Source: an uncultured Bacilli bacterium | GTDB lineage: Bacteria; Bacillota_I; Bacilli_A; RF39; UBA660 | Assembly (NCBI GenBank): GCA_934102335.1 | Contig: CAKOSP010000001.1 | Location: 268,511-332,510 of the forward strand | DNA length: 64,000 bases | Reading direction: 5' to 3' | Part shown: one piece after another, positions 48,844 through 59,562 of the stretch | How positions within the stretch are numbered: position 1 is the first letter of the stretch | Layout: the number at the start of each line of letters is the position of its first letter | Position numbers and translations under genes: made by a program | Notes under the pieces: model-generated | Database searches by the model: none | The model's input: only the letters and a program-made list of their open reading frames with translations | What the model was told of the DNA's origin: nothing

Positions 48844-49666
48844 CTACTTTATATGCATCATATGTATTTTCTAAAAGCATTGCTATAGTCATTGGACCTA
48901 CTCCACCAGGAACAGGGGTTATATAAGAACATTTTTTACAAACATTTTCAAAATCAACATCACCACATAGTTTACCATCAACTTTATTAATTCCAACATC
49001 AACAACAACAGCTTGCTCTTTAACAAAATCTTCTTTAATTAAATTATTTTTTCCAACTGCACTTATTAAAATATCCGCATTTTGACAAATTTGTTTTAAA
49101 TTACTTGTCTTAGAGTGAGCAATTGTAACCGTGGCATCTTTATTAAGTAAAGCAAGTAAAAGTGGTTTTCCTACAATCATGCCTCTACCTACAATTGTAA
49201 CATTTTTACCTTTAATATCAATATTATATCTATCTAAAAGTCTAATAATTCCTTTTACAGTGCATGGCAACAAACATGGTAAATTTTGATAATTTTTATA
49301 TACATTCTCAGTTGTAAAACCATCTACATCTTTAGATGAATCAATTAAATTACTAAGTTTTTTAAAATCTAAATGTTTTGAAATTGGGCTTTGAATAATT
49401 ATTCCATGAATATTCTTATCATTATTTAAATTATTTATTGAATCAATCACAACCGATTCTTTAACATTTTCGTCAAATTTAATTAATTTAGTTTTTATGC
49501 CTACCATTTCTGCATATTTAATTTTATTTTTTATATATACTTCACTTGCTTCATTATAACCTATATACATTATAGCAAGAGTTATATCATTTTTTTCTTT
49601 TGTCACCTTTAATTTAAGTTCTTCTAAAATTTGATCCCTTAACTTTTTTCCATCTAATAAAATCAT
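48827..49666 (-). CDS. folD: bifunctional methylenetetrahydrofolate dehydrogenase/cyclohydrolase
   Basis: 279 aa with the motifs [17 protein letters not shown] and [12 protein letters not shown]. Confidence 0.92.
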   Translation of the reverse strand: MILLDGKKLRDQILEELKLKVTKEKNDITLAIMYIGYNEASEVYIKNKIKYAEMVGIKTKLIKFDENVKESVVIDSINNLNNDKNIHGIIIQSPISKHLDFKKLSNLIDSSKDVDGFTTENVYKNYQNLPCLLPCTVKGIIRLLDRYNIDIKGKNVTIVGRGMIVGKPLLLALLNKDATVTIAHSKTSNLKQICQNADILISAVGKNNLIKEDFVKEQAVVVDVGINKVDGKLCGDVDFENVCKKCSYITPVPGGVGPMTIAMLLENTYDAYKVGEKNG

Positions 49667-49674
49667 ATAATCTC

Positions 49675-50682
49675 CTATTCATCAAATAAAGTTTTAGCAT
49701 AATTTTTTCCTAAATGTTTATATGCTTTTTCAGTAGCTACTCTACCACTTCTAGTTCTTTTAATAAAACCCTCTTGAAGTAAAAATGGTTCAACTACATC
49801 CTCAATTGTTGTAACTTCTTCTCCAATAGATGTTGAAATAGTTTCAACACCAACAGGGCCACCGTTAAACTTATTGATTAAACTATCTAAGTATTCAATA
49901 TCTATTGTATCTAAACCATATTTATCTACTTTCATACGATCTAATGCTTTTTTAGTTATCTCAAGAGTTATTAATCCATCACCCTCAACTAAAGCAAAAT
50001 CTCTAACTCTTTTAAATAATCTATTGGCTACTCTAGGTGTTTTTCTACTTCTTTTGGCTAATTCTAAAGCAGCTTCTGGTTCAATATTCATTGCTAAAAC
50101 TTTACTGGTACGCATAATAATTTGTTTTAATTCATCATCAGAATAAAATTCTAATTTATTAATAATACCAAATCTATCTCTAAGAGGGCTTGATAAATCT
50201 CCAGCTCTAGTAGTAGCTCCCACTAAAGTAAAGGGAGGTAAATCTATTTTAATACTTCTACTTTTACCATCATTTTGAATAACAAAATCTATTTCAAAAT
50301 CTTCCATAGCAGGATAAAGAATTTCTTCGATAAATGAAGGCATTCTATGTATTTCATCAATAAATAAAACATCTCCGGGCTCCAATGTAGACAAAATAGC
50401 AGCCAAGTCTCCAGATTTTTCTATAGCAGGACCACTTGCTGTTTTTAAATTTGCTCCCATTTCATTAGCAATAATATGTGCAAGTGTTGTTTTACCAAGA
50501 CCTGGAGGCCCATACAAAAGAACATGATCCAAAGGTTCATTACGCATCTTAGCAGCTTTCATAAATACATTCAAATTTTCTTTAAGTTCTTTTTGACCAA
50601 TATATTCATCTAATACTTCAGGTCTTATATTTTGTTCAAAAACATCTTCTTCATTTTTTTTACCATTTAATACTTTATTCAT
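49675..50682 (-). CDS. ruvB: Holliday junction branch migration helicase RuvB
   Basis: Motifs [16 protein letters not shown] and GATTR. 335 aa. Confidence 0.94.
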   Translation of the reverse strand: MNKVLNGKKNEEDVFEQNIRPEVLDEYIGQKELKENLNVFMKAAKMRNEPLDHVLLYGPPGLGKTTLAHIIANEMGANLKTASGPAIEKSGDLAAILSTLEPGDVLFIDEIHRMPSFIEEILYPAMEDFEIDFVIQNDGKSRSIKIDLPPFTLVGATTRAGDLSSPLRDRFGIINKLEFYSDDELKQIIMRTSKVLAMNIEPEAALELAKRSRKTPRVANRLFKRVRDFALVEGDGLITLEITKKALDRMKVDKYGLDTIDIEYLDSLINKFNGGPVGVETISTSIGEEVTTIEDVVEPFLLQEGFIKRTRSGRVATEKAYKHLGKNYAKTLFDE

Positions 50683-50776
50683 TATAAAACCTCCTTAAAA
50701 AGACTTCATTACTACAAACTAATTATACATAAATAAGTCTTTTATTTCAATATTATGACAAATAAAAAATTAATCT

Positions 50777-51205
50777 CTAAAGACTAATTTTTACATCTAT
50801 ATCTTGTTCAAATTTAGCTAAAACACTACCAGATTTTAAATAAATTATTATTTGATAGTCATTCATCTTAGTCTTGGTTGTATCATCATATATACAGTTT
50901 TTTTCTTTACTATCTTTACAAGTTTCATACGCACTATAATACTTATTATCTAATAAATCCTGTACTTTAATTTTCAAACATTTACTATCCTCATTATTTA
51001 CCGTACACTTTTGATTAATAAGACTTTTTTTGTCTTCTCCGTATAATATAGCGGATTCTAACAAAAGTTCTTTTTTTGCTCGTAATTTTTCACTATCTGA
51101 AGTATCAGATATTTTCATAACACCAACTGTAGCAATTGTTCCCACTAATGCTATGACTGCAATAACACATAATAATTCCACTAAACTAAAACCAGATTTA
51201 TTCAT
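50777..51205 (-). CDS. type IV pilin / ComGC-like major pseudopilin
   Basis: MNKSG|FSLVELLCVIAVIALVG is a textbook prepilin signal with Glu+5. 142 aa. AGGTG SD. Starts 7 nt after the ruvA stop. Confidence 0.7.
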   Translation of the reverse strand: MNKSGFSLVELLCVIAVIALVGTIATVGVMKISDTSDSEKLRAKKELLLESAILYGEDKKSLINQKCTVNNEDSKCLKIKVQDLLDNKYYSAYETCKDSKEKNCIYDDTTKTKMNDYQIIIYLKSGSVLAKFEQDIDVKISL

Positions 51206-51212
51206 TTAACAC

Positions 51213-51767
51213 CTACTTTAATAATAAAGATAAAGCTTCTTTAACTTGTTGTTCAATTGTTTTTGACTTGTCCACATTACCAATAACCTTTTTTATCTCC
51301 GCTGTTTTATATCCCAAAGATTCTAATACACTATATAAATCATCAGTTGAAGTATCAGTCTCATCTAAAACATCAATTTGAATTTTACCCTTTAAATCTA
51401 AAATTATTTGTTTAGCCAATTTCTCTCCAACCTTAGGAAACTTAGTTAAATACAGCGTATTTTCTCTATTAATAGCATCTACAATACCACCAATTGAACC
51501 TGTTGCAAAAAAATTACTAGCAACTTTAGGACCTAATCCCTTTACATTTATAAGCTTTAAAAACAATTCTAATTCTTCTTCAGATTTAAAACCATATAGA
51601 CTATATTCATCTTCTTTAACATGATTATATAAATAGACTTTAAATTCTTTTCCTAGTTCATAACTAAATGGATTTGGCACAAATATTTTAAAACCAATTT
51701 TATTAGATTCTAAAACTATATAATTATTTTTCTGACTAGTTATATTTCCTATAATATAGTTTAACAT
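51213..51767 (-). CDS. ruvA: Holliday junction DNA helicase RuvA
   Basis: 184 aa. OB-fold N-terminus, a helix-hairpin-helix pair (VKGLGPKVA) and C-terminal domain III. Confidence 0.9.
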   Translation of the reverse strand: MLNYIIGNITSQKNNYIVLESNKIGFKIFVPNPFSYELGKEFKVYLYNHVKEDEYSLYGFKSEEELELFLKLINVKGLGPKVASNFFATGSIGGIVDAINRENTLYLTKFPKVGEKLAKQIILDLKGKIQIDVLDETDTSTDDLYSVLESLGYKTAEIKKVIGNVDKSKTIEQQVKEALSLLLK

Positions 51768-51776
51768 AAACCCTCC

Positions 51777-52415
51777 TTATGCTGCAGCTCCGGTTGATGA
51801 ATCTCCAATTACTACGGTAGCATTAAATGCTTGGCCTTGAATCTCATTGGGCGTTTCAAAATCCAACCATAACTTTAAATTATAATTGTATGTAACTTCA
51901 CTATCCAAACTAACATTTTTTAATAAATAAGTTTTTGTTATTGTTTTTGAAGTTTTAGCTTTAAACTGATTAATTGTAGAAGTTGTAAGATTATATAAAG
52001 GCAAAGTAGATAGCTTATCTGGAGTTGAATTAAAAGAATATTTAACATATGAATCATCAATAGTCGAATCAGAAGTAACTACTAAATAAATATTTATCTC
52101 AGTTGTTTCTGTACATGTATTTTTTAAACTAAATGAATAACCGCTAGTTTGCATACCATCAACATCTTGCATAGGGTATGCTTTAGCTAAATTAATAGAA
52201 TCTGATTCACTACCCAAAGTATAATAACCACATGTAGAAATATTTACACTAGATATAGCAGCTTCATCCACTTTAGGAACTAAATAAGCCCTAGTATATA
52301 AACCTAATATCAAGAATAACACCAATATTAATATAACCATTAATATAATAAGAAGTAATTTATTTTCTCTAACTCTATTAATAATCTTATCAAACATATC
52401 ATAGCCTACTTTCAT
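51777..52415 (-). CDS. membrane-anchored S/T-rich hypothetical protein
   Basis: 212 aa with one TM segment and a beta-rich extracytoplasmic region. Ends 9 nt before ruvA. The start may instead be the internal MFDKII. Confidence 0.4.
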   Translation of the reverse strand: MKVGYDMFDKIINRVRENKLLLIILMVILILVLFLILGLYTRAYLVPKVDEAAISSVNISTCGYYTLGSESDSINLAKAYPMQDVDGMQTSGYSFSLKNTCTETTEINIYLVVTSDSTIDDSYVKYSFNSTPDKLSTLPLYNLTTSTINQFKAKTSKTITKTYLLKNVSLDSEVTYNYNLKLWLDFETPNEIQGQAFNATVVIGDSSTGAAA

Positions 52416-52452
52416 AAAAATTATAACACGGCTAGTTTTAATAGTCTAGTAA

Positions 52453-53736
52453 TTATCCTTTAAAAGTGAACATAAAGTCTAATATCTGAACATCATCACC
52501 AGCATGCGCACCTAAGTTTCTTAACTCTTCATCTACCCCAATTTTATTTAAAATTCTTCCAAATCTATGTACACCATCAGGTTCATTAAATTTTGTCATT
52601 TTTAATAATTTTTCAATCTTATCACTATGTATTACCCATACATCTTCATCACGAGTAATTGTAAAAGGTTTTTCTTCTTTATATTGAAATAATACATAAT
52701 CTTCAAATTCATCTGGGGCAAAAATATCATCTTCTTTAGTTTGCTCCACTAAATTTGCTAAAGATTCTAAAAGCTGCTCAATTCCAGAGTTTGTCATACA
52801 ACTAATCGGATAAATTTCTTTATTAGGATAAGATTGTTTAAACAATTCTAAATTATCTAAAGCGTTTTCCAAATCCATTTTACTAGCTATTATTATTTCA
52901 TGTTTTTTGGCAAGTTTGGGGCTATAATCTTCAATTTCTTTTCTTATAATTTTATAATCATCTATTGGATTTCTTCCTTCTGATGCCCCCATATCTACTA
53001 TATGAGCTAAAATCTTAGTTCTTAAAGCATGCTTTAAAAATTCATCACCAAGACCTATTCCCTGACTAGCTCCCTCAATTAAACCAGGCAAGTCAGCCAT
53101 CACAAAAGATTTACCATTTTTTAATTTAACCAAACCCAAATTAGGTGACAAAGTTGTAAAATGATATGCAGCAATTTTAGGTTTTGATGAAGAAATTATA
53201 CTTAATAATGTTGATTTTCCAACACTAGGCATGCCAACTAATCCAACATCTGCTAACATTTTTAATTCTAATCTTAAAGATCTTTCTTCACCAGGTTCAC
53301 CATTTTCACTAAATTTTGGCGCAGGGTTATCATGTGAAGCAAAAGACTTATTACCTCTACCTCCACGGCCACCTTTAGCTACAATAACTTGATCATCTTC
53401 TTTTATCAAATCGGCAATAACCAAATTGGTATCAGCATCATAAATAGTTGTACCCATAGGTACTTTTATAACTACTGGTTCTTGTCCTTTTCCATATTTA
53501 TTTGAACCTTTACCATTTTCCCCTTTATCACCTTTAATAGTTTTTAAATATCTTAAGTCAATTAAAGTTTTTAAACTCTTATCTGTTTTAATAATTATAT
53601 CAGCCCCACGACCTCCATTGCCGCCATCAGGACCTCCCATGGGAATATATTTTTCTCTCCTAAAAGAAGTACAGCCATTACCACCAGAACCAGCTATAAC
53701 TTTTAATTTTAGTTCATCTACAAACACTTTAATCAC
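52453..53736 (-). CDS. obg: GTPase Obg
   Basis: Gly-rich Obg fold (GGNGG..GG.GG), G1 motif GMPSVGKST, DLPGLIEGA, and a C-terminal OCT domain. Confidence 0.94.
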   Translation of the reverse strand: MIKVFVDELKLKVIAGSGGNGCTSFRREKYIPMGGPDGGNGGRGADIIIKTDKSLKTLIDLRYLKTIKGDKGENGKGSNKYGKGQEPVVIKVPMGTTIYDADTNLVIADLIKEDDQVIVAKGGRGGRGNKSFASHDNPAPKFSENGEPGEERSLRLELKMLADVGLVGMPSVGKSTLLSIISSSKPKIAAYHFTTLSPNLGLVKLKNGKSFVMADLPGLIEGASQGIGLGDEFLKHALRTKILAHIVDMGASEGRNPIDDYKIIRKEIEDYSPKLAKKHEIIIASKMDLENALDNLELFKQSYPNKEIYPISCMTNSGIEQLLESLANLVEQTKEDDIFAPDEFEDYVLFQYKEEKPFTITRDEDVWVIHSDKIEKLLKMTKFNEPDGVHRFGRILNKIGVDEELRNLGAHAGDDVQILDFMFTFKG

Positions 53737-53742
53737 TTCCTT

Positions 53743-54390
53743 TTAATCTTTAAACTTAGCATCTAAATAAAATATTGGTCTATGTTCTTTAAAATATTGT
53801 TTTTCAAAATCAGTCATAATATTAGGTATATTTCTTTCATCATTGTGTAAATCTAAACTAACTTTTTCAAATACGTACCAATACTCACTTAATGATTCCA
53901 AAGCTGATGCAAATAATATTTTATTATCTGTTTTTAGTATGATATGTTTATCTTTTTTAAATACCCTATCATAAAGTTTTAAATAATTTATATGTGTAAA
54001 TCTTTTTTTCTCGTCTTGTTTTTTTGGCCAAGGCTCACTAAATGTCAAATAAATTGTATCAATCTCTTTGCCAAAATAATCCATAATATTTCGAGCATCA
54101 GCACAAATCATTTTTAAATTTTTAATATTAGTTCCATTCAATTTATTTAAAGCAGTGGCCATTTGATTTTCATCTAGTTCCAAACCAATAAAATTAATAT
54201 TTGGCATTGTTTTAGCCATTTGAATAATAAAACTACCTCTGCCCATTCCTAACTCTAAAATTATAGGATTATTGTTATGAAAAACTTCTTTCCATTTATT
54301 TTTATTTTCTTGGGGATTTCTAACATAATAAGAACTACTATTAATAATATTTCCCGCATTTTTTACAACATTATATTTCACAAGTAACAC
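53743..54390 (-). CDS. trmB: tRNA (guanine46-N7)-methyltransferase
   Basis: 215 aa with the motifs LELGMGRGSF and FSEPWPKK. Confidence 0.85.
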   Translation of the reverse strand: MLLVKYNVVKNAGNIINSSSYYVRNPQENKNKWKEVFHNNNPIILELGMGRGSFIIQMAKTMPNINFIGLELDENQMATALNKLNGTNIKNLKMICADARNIMDYFGKEIDTIYLTFSEPWPKKQDEKKRFTHINYLKLYDRVFKKDKHIILKTDNKILFASALESLSEYWYVFEKVSLDLHNDERNIPNIMTDFEKQYFKEHRPIFYLDAKFKD

Positions 54391-54436
54391 CTCCTTAAAA
54401 TTTTAACATAATTTAATTTAAAAAAATAGTATTTAA

Positions 54437-54462
54437 ATAAAAAATATCATCTTGCGATGATA
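54437..54462 (-). terminator. rho-independent terminator after rpmA
   Basis: TATCATC-TTGC-GATGATA abuts the stop codon, with a T-run on the minus strand. Confidence 0.7.
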
Positions 54463-54753
54463 CTATTTTGTTTCATAAACACTAGCTTGTTTTTTATCTC
54501 TTCCTTTACGTTCAAACTTAACGTAACCATCAATTGTTGCAAATAAAGTATGATCAGTTCCCATACCTACATTTGTACCAGGATAAATTTTTGTTCCTCT
54601 TTGACGATAAATGATAGAGCCAGCTTTAATAAATTGTCCATCTGCAGCTTTTGCACCAAGTCTTCTACCTTCACTATCACGACCGTTATGAGTAGATCCT
54701 TGAGCTTTAACGTGTGCAAATCTCTGAATATCTAAAACTATATATAACATCAT
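54463..54753 (-). CDS. rpmA: 50S ribosomal protein L27 with cleavable N-terminal extension
   Basis: ..LDIQRF|[15 protein letters not shown] matches the Firmicute pro-L27 pattern (..LQFF|ASKKG.GSTKNGRDS). Confidence 0.93.
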   Translation of the reverse strand: MMLYIVLDIQRFAHVKAQGSTHNGRDSEGRRLGAKAADGQFIKAGSIIYRQRGTKIYPGTNVGMGTDHTLFATIDGYVKFERKGRDKKQASVYETK

Positions 54754-55049
54754 TATTCTCCTTTACTTAATTTTATTTTATCTGGATACTGTCTTTGTAA
54801 TTCTTTTAATAAATCAAGCATACTCTTAATAAGTTTTTCTGTAATATTATCACTTTCTAAAATATCAATATTAAATACTCCTTTATTATCAGTTACTTTT
54901 AATGCTTTATCATTAATATTTAAAATACCATTAATTGTTGTATAAACAATACTTGATACACTAGCACAAACAATATCCTCTCCAGCATACTTATATCCAG
55001 CATGTCCAGAAATGGTAATATTATTATTTTTATAAATAACTTTAATCAT
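54753..55049 (-). CDS. prp: ribosomal-processing cysteine protease Prp (YsxB)
   Basis: 98 aa with the motifs GHAGY and VCASVS. Lies between rplU and rpmA. Confidence 0.88.
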   Translation of the reverse strand: MIKVIYKNNNITISGHAGYKYAGEDIVCASVSSIVYTTINGILNINDKALKVTDNKGVFNIDILESDNITEKLIKSMLDLLKELQRQYPDKIKLSKGE

Positions 55050-55051
55050 AA

Positions 55052-55351
55052 TTAACCATTAATTTTTTTGATTGTTAAACAAGTATAAGGTTGACGGTGT
55101 CCTTGAGTTTTTCTGTACTTATTTTTAGGTACATACTTAAATATTTTAACCTTCTTACCTTTACCATGCTTTTCTACAGTAGCAACAACGCTTGCACCTT
55201 TTAAATAAGGCATACCAGCTTTACCATCAACAAATAAAACTTTGTCAAAAGTAATATCTTTACCAACTTCAGCATCTAAAAGTTCTACATAGATTTTATC
55301 GCCTTCAGTTACATAATATTGTTTTCCACCTGTTTCAAAGATTGCTTTCAT
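55052..55351 (-). CDS. rplU: 50S ribosomal protein L21
   Basis: [18 protein letters not shown]-terminus, 99 aa. Confidence 0.94.
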   Translation of the reverse strand: MKAIFETGGKQYYVTEGDKIYVELLDAEVGKDITFDKVLFVDGKAGMPYLKGASVVATVEKHGKGKKVKIFKYVPKNKYRKTQGHRQPYTCLTIKKING

Positions 55352-55432
55352 TTCATACCTCCTATTCTTTTAAGTCGCGCCCTTAAGGTAAGCTAAGCTT
55401 TTTTAACCTTTTTAGTGCGGTTTTAACAAAAT
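55352..55432 (-). promoter_or_regulatory. structured 5' leader of rplU (possible L21 leader element)
   Basis: A locally GC-rich leader (..CCGCAC..AAGGU..ACCUU..GGGCGCGAC..) lies directly upstream of the SD. Firmicute rplU operons are known to carry an L21 leader. Not verified against a model. Confidence 0.35.
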
Positions 55433-55460
55433 GAATTAAAACATATTAAGTTTAACAAAA

Positions 55461-56237
55461 TTACTGATATTTGTCAAACTTTTTAGCTAAAATTACCTTT
55501 TCATCAACCCAACTATTATCTAAGAAAAATAAACTTTTATGAGTCTTTTTTAATACATCTAAATTTAAATTACATATTTTATCTATCTTTTTATAAGGGA
55601 TATTATACAAATATCTTTCAAGCAAAAACTTTTGATATACAAATTCAAAGTTCTTATAGTGTTCAATCATCTTAGTAATTAAAAGCCCTATTATAAAATA
55701 ATTATTAATATTCAAAAGATAATTAAAATAAATAAACAATACTATAAAGATAAAAGATATTAGATAAGATATCTTATTAGAAAGTTTAAAATTAAAATAA
55801 TAATTAAGTAAATGATTTATTATTAAATATCCATCCAAAGGAATAATTGGTAAGATATTAAAAATTATAATAGCGGTATTATATTTTAAAAACAAAGACA
55901 TATCATAAATATTAATTAAGCCAAATTTATTTATAATTATTAAAAAAATATAAATAAGTATTTGAAATAATATGCCTCCAAAATATATTAACAAATCTTT
56001 ATAAGAATTCGAATTTATTAAATGTTCTGATTTAGTAATTCCCCCAAAAGGATACAATGTCACGGAAATAATCTTGTAGTTAAATACTTTTAAGAAAAAA
56101 ATATGTCCAAGTTCATGTAAAAAAACAATTAAAAATATAATTAAACAATCTTTTATAAAACCACAAAAAAGAACTAATAACAAAAATATTAAAGTAAATA
56201 CATTAATTCTTATAAGTTTCAAAATCGACAATTTCAT
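55461..56237 (-). CDS. spoIVFB: site-2 (M50) intramembrane metalloprotease, SpoIVFB-like
   Basis: HELGH within a TM helix plus FNILPIIPLDGY. Position upstream of rplU is as in B. subtilis. Confidence 0.75.
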   Translation of the reverse strand: MKLSILKLIRINVFTLIFLLLVLFCGFIKDCLIIFLIVFLHELGHIFFLKVFNYKIISVTLYPFGGITKSEHLINSNSYKDLLIYFGGILFQILIYIFLIIINKFGLINIYDMSLFLKYNTAIIIFNILPIIPLDGYLIINHLLNYYFNFKLSNKISYLISFIFIVLFIYFNYLLNINNYFIIGLLITKMIEHYKNFEFVYQKFLLERYLYNIPYKKIDKICNLNLDVLKKTHKSLFFLDNSWVDEKVILAKKFDKYQ

Positions 56238-56745
56238 TACCCTTTTTAATTGTTAAAACAAAATAATCTTCATTACTTAACCCTAAAATATCCCCTTTAT
56301 TTATGTAATCATATAAACCTAAATCTTGAGCAGTAATACCCTCATAAATGCAATCATATCCATCAACTCCTTGGATTATAACAGCATCTTTATAATTATC
56401 ATTTGATCCTTTAAAAATAATTATTCCCCCATCTAAAGAACTTATAGCAGTATTTTTAGAAACTTTAAATTTAACTCCATCTAAATATTTTTCATAATCA
56501 CTATAAATATCATCATTTTGATTAGCTAAAACAGTAATAGTTTTTTCTGGAAGAATTTGTCCAAAGTGTTTTTTATACCAATTTCTAGTTTGATTAAAAG
56601 AAAATGTATCTTCAAAAAAAGCTTTTTTATAAAATGTTTTATTATTATCACTATATTTAACAAAAATTAATGATACCAATACAAATACTATACAAAGAAG
56701 AAAATTAGTAAATATTTTACTTACATTTATTTTCATATTTATCAC
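56203..56745 (-). CDS. spoIVFA: SpoIVFA-like membrane protein with degenerate LytM/M23 domain
   Basis: N-terminal TM segment and a C-terminal beta-rich GGIIIF..VIIQGVDGYDCIY.G....GDILG region. Overlaps the spoIVFB start. Confidence 0.5.
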   Translation of the reverse strand: MINMKINVSKIFTNFLLCIVFVLVSLIFVKYSDNNKTFYKKAFFEDTFSFNQTRNWYKKHFGQILPEKTITVLANQNDDIYSDYEKYLDGVKFKVSKNTAISSLDGGIIIFKGSNDNYKDAVIIQGVDGYDCIYEGITAQDLGLYDYINKGDILGLSNEDYFVLTIKKGNEIVDFETYKN

Positions 56746-57094
56746 TAAAGAATTTTATGATAATCCATTCTATTAAATACATTAAAATACAGGAAATGAA
56801 AAAGAAAAAAGTACTTTTGACCTCAATATTTATATTCACAAAAATTAAGTACACTAATATTAAATAAAGAAAATAAGAGCAAACACTTTTAGAAAATTTA
56901 AATATATATTTTAAAATTAAATAAAAAATAATTAATAAAAATGTTATGTAGTAAGTATGTAAAATTATTAAATCAATTATTAATCCAACTATAACAATTT
57001 CAAACAAGCTTCTTTTAAAAGGTAAAAATAAAACAAAATAAGTATTTAAACCAAAATAACTTTTAAAAATTAAATCTAATAATAAATAAATCAT
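56717..57094 (-). CDS. mreD: rod shape-determining protein MreD
   Basis: 125 aa polytopic protein immediately downstream of mreC. Confidence 0.6.
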   Translation of the reverse strand: MIYLLLDLIFKSYFGLNTYFVLFLPFKRSLFEIVIVGLIIDLIILHTYYITFLLIIFYLILKYIFKFSKSVCSYFLYLILVYLIFVNINIEVKSTFFFFISCILMYLIEWIIIKFFSDKYENKCK

Positions 57095-57738
57095 AATACA
57101 TCCTTTAATATTGCCACAAAATTTACATTATTTAAATTTACAAATAAAGAAACTTCTGCAACATTTCCATAATTAGTTTTTTCAATATTTTTAATTACAC
57201 CAATAGGTATATTTTCTACTATCTTACCCAAACCTGATGTATAAACCACGTCCTGAATATTAACATTTTTTTCGACTTCAATATTTTTTATAATAAGTCT
57301 ATTACTTTCATAACTTAATATTCCATAATAGTCATTTACCTTAACAGATAAATTTAAATCATTATTTGGTAATAGTTGTACTATACTTTCTTCTTTATTT
57401 ACTTTTTTTATAGTGCCAATTAATCCATCATTATTAATAACAGCCATTCCTTCTTTTAGATTGTGATCACTACCGTAATAAATCGTTAATGTTGACGTTT
57501 TAGCATAAAGATTGTTATACAAAACTTTGGAGTAAATATATTCATAGCTATTTAAATCCTTTAATCCTAAAATTGTTAAACTATCTTCATAATCTTTTTT
57601 TAATTTATTTTCATAAACATTATCTACTAAAACAAATTTTTCTACAGTTTTATGTGCTAAAAAAGCATAAATATTTTCTTTAAACAAGAAACAGAAAATT
57701 AATAATATAACAGTTAAAATATAAATCTTATTTTTCAT
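57091..57738 (-). CDS. mreC: rod shape-determining protein MreC
   Basis: N-terminal TM segment and the motifs GMAVINNDGLIGTI and YTSGLGKIVENIPIGVI. Confidence 0.8.
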   Translation of the reverse strand: MKNKIYILTVILLIFCFLFKENIYAFLAHKTVEKFVLVDNVYENKLKKDYEDSLTILGLKDLNSYEYIYSKVLYNNLYAKTSTLTIYYGSDHNLKEGMAVINNDGLIGTIKKVNKEESIVQLLPNNDLNLSVKVNDYYGILSYESNRLIIKNIEVEKNVNIQDVVYTSGLGKIVENIPIGVIKNIEKTNYGNVAEVSLFVNLNNVNFVAILKDVL

Positions 57739-58174
57739 TAGAAATCTCCATATAATTTTTATAAATATTAAGTAAATTCTGACTCGATTTATTTATTTTT
57801 TCAATATCATTAGTATCTAATAACAGTTCCTGATATTCGCTAATCTCTTCGTATAAATTTTCATCAATAACAATCTTTTTTAAATAGTATTTTATATCAT
57901 TTTCATCATAATATTTTTTTATAATTTCTGCTAAAGATTTATTTGTAAAAATATGAGTATATACATGATAATAATCATTTTCTAATATCATTATTGAAGA
58001 AGAAAAACTATTTGTTCTTTTTAAGGCATTTTTTTCCGATTTAAATACCCCAACTTGAAATAAATAAGCATCTCTTTTAGATAAAGCATCAACAGTGTAA
58101 TTTTTAAACGTAAAAAAAGCCAAGATGCTACCACTTACAATTGCCAGTAAAATCACAACTAGGTATTTTTTCAT
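57728..58174 (-). CDS. membrane-anchored SPOR-like domain protein
   Basis: 148 aa with one TM segment, followed by a YLFQVGVFKSEKNALKRT....YYHVY pattern resembling SPOR domains. Confidence 0.35.
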   Translation of the reverse strand: MKKYLVVILLAIVSGSILAFFTFKNYTVDALSKRDAYLFQVGVFKSEKNALKRTNSFSSSIMILENDYYHVYTHIFTNKSLAEIIKKYYDENDIKYYLKKIVIDENLYEEISEYQELLLDTNDIEKINKSSQNLLNIYKNYMEISNEK

Positions 58175-58293
58175 TAAATCACCCTTAAATAGATTAACAA
58201 GAACTAATTAAATATTTTGTCGAAAAAAATAAAAAACAATGCATTGTAAATTAAAAAATATTATAGTATAATTATTTATAGAATAAAGGGATA

Positions 58294-59562
58294 GTGATTA
58301 GCATGTTTAGACAATTTGATTATGATAATAAACCAGTTGTAGACATAGTTAATGAAATGATTTTGGGAGCTATATCTTTACATGCCTCAGATATTCATTT
58401 TGACCCTACCCCTGATGTACTTAATGTAAGAATAAGAGTTAATGGTGAACTTATACAGTACGCTCAAGTTCCTGCTTCCGTAAGAAAAAATTTAATTACC
58501 AGAATAAAAATAATATCTGGTATGAATATAACAGAATCTAGACTTCCCCAAGATGGAGCCATAAAAAAATTAGCTAATAATGTTAATTTAGATTTACGTG
58601 TATCAAGCTTACCAATTTCTGATGGAGAAAAAATAGTTATTAGAATTCTTGATTATAGTATGTCCAGTGGAGGCTTAGATAATCTCGGATTTTTACCTGA
58701 TAACTTAGAAAAAATAAAAAAACTTATTAGTTTACCAAATGGTATAATTTTAGTTACCGGAGCAACAGGATCCGGTAAATCTACAACAGTATACTCTATT
58801 TTAAATACATTAAATACAACAGACAGAAACATTATTACAGTTGAAGATCCAGTTGAAATGAAAATAAAAGGTGTAAATCAAGTTCAAGTTATGAACGAAA
58901 TCGGTTTAACATTTAGTAATACTTTAAGAAGTATTTTAAGACAAGATCCAGATATCATAATGATTGGAGAAATAAGGGATGATGAAACAGCTCGTATTGC
59001 TGTAAGAGCCTCAATTACAGGACATTTAGTATTATCTACAATACATACAAATAACTCTTTAAATACTATTGAAAGATTACTAGATATGGAAATTGAAAGA
59101 TATTTATTAGGATCAGCACTATCCGGAATTATCTCCCAAAGAATGGTTAAAAGACTATGCCCTAAATGCCGTGTTTCAAAACCTACTACTCCATATGAAA
59201 AAAATGTATTTAAACAAGTTTTAGGAGTTGATGTTGAGGCAACCTATCATGCTGTAGGATGCCCAGAATGTATACACGGATATAACGGAAGAACTACTTT
59301 ACAAGAAGTTTTAATTATTAATCAAGAAATTAAAGATGCTATTATAAATAATGTAAAAAAAGAAGAATTACGTAACCTAGTATACAAAAAAGAAAATGTT
59401 ATTAGGCTTTTGGAAGATGGATTATACAAAGTTATGCAAGGAATTACCACATTTGATGAAATTTTAAGAGTCATAGATGTAGATGATGATTTATGTGAAA
59501 ATGACAATCATATCAAACAAGCACTAATTGGGAAAAAAGATGAACCTATTGAACAACTATAA
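58294..59562 (+). CDS. type II/IV secretion-family ATPase (ComGA/PilB-like)
   Basis: Walker A GATGSGKST, Walker B DPDIIMIGEIRD, His box TGHLVLSTIHTN, and a CPKC...CPEC zinc motif. The start may be the ATG at 58303. Confidence 0.85.
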   Translation: MISMFRQFDYDNKPVVDIVNEMILGAISLHASDIHFDPTPDVLNVRIRVNGELIQYAQVPASVRKNLITRIKIISGMNITESRLPQDGAIKKLANNVNLDLRVSSLPISDGEKIVIRILDYSMSSGGLDNLGFLPDNLEKIKKLISLPNGIILVTGATGSGKSTTVYSILNTLNTTDRNIITVEDPVEMKIKGVNQVQVMNEIGLTFSNTLRSILRQDPDIIMIGEIRDDETARIAVRASITGHLVLSTIHTNNSLNTIERLLDMEIERYLLGSALSGIISQRMVKRLCPKCRVSKPTTPYEKNVFKQVLGVDVEATYHAVGCPECIHGYNGRTTLQEVLIINQEIKDAIINNVKKEELRNLVYKKENVIRLLEDGLYKVMQGITTFDEILRVIDVDDDLCENDNHIKQALIGKKDEPIEQL

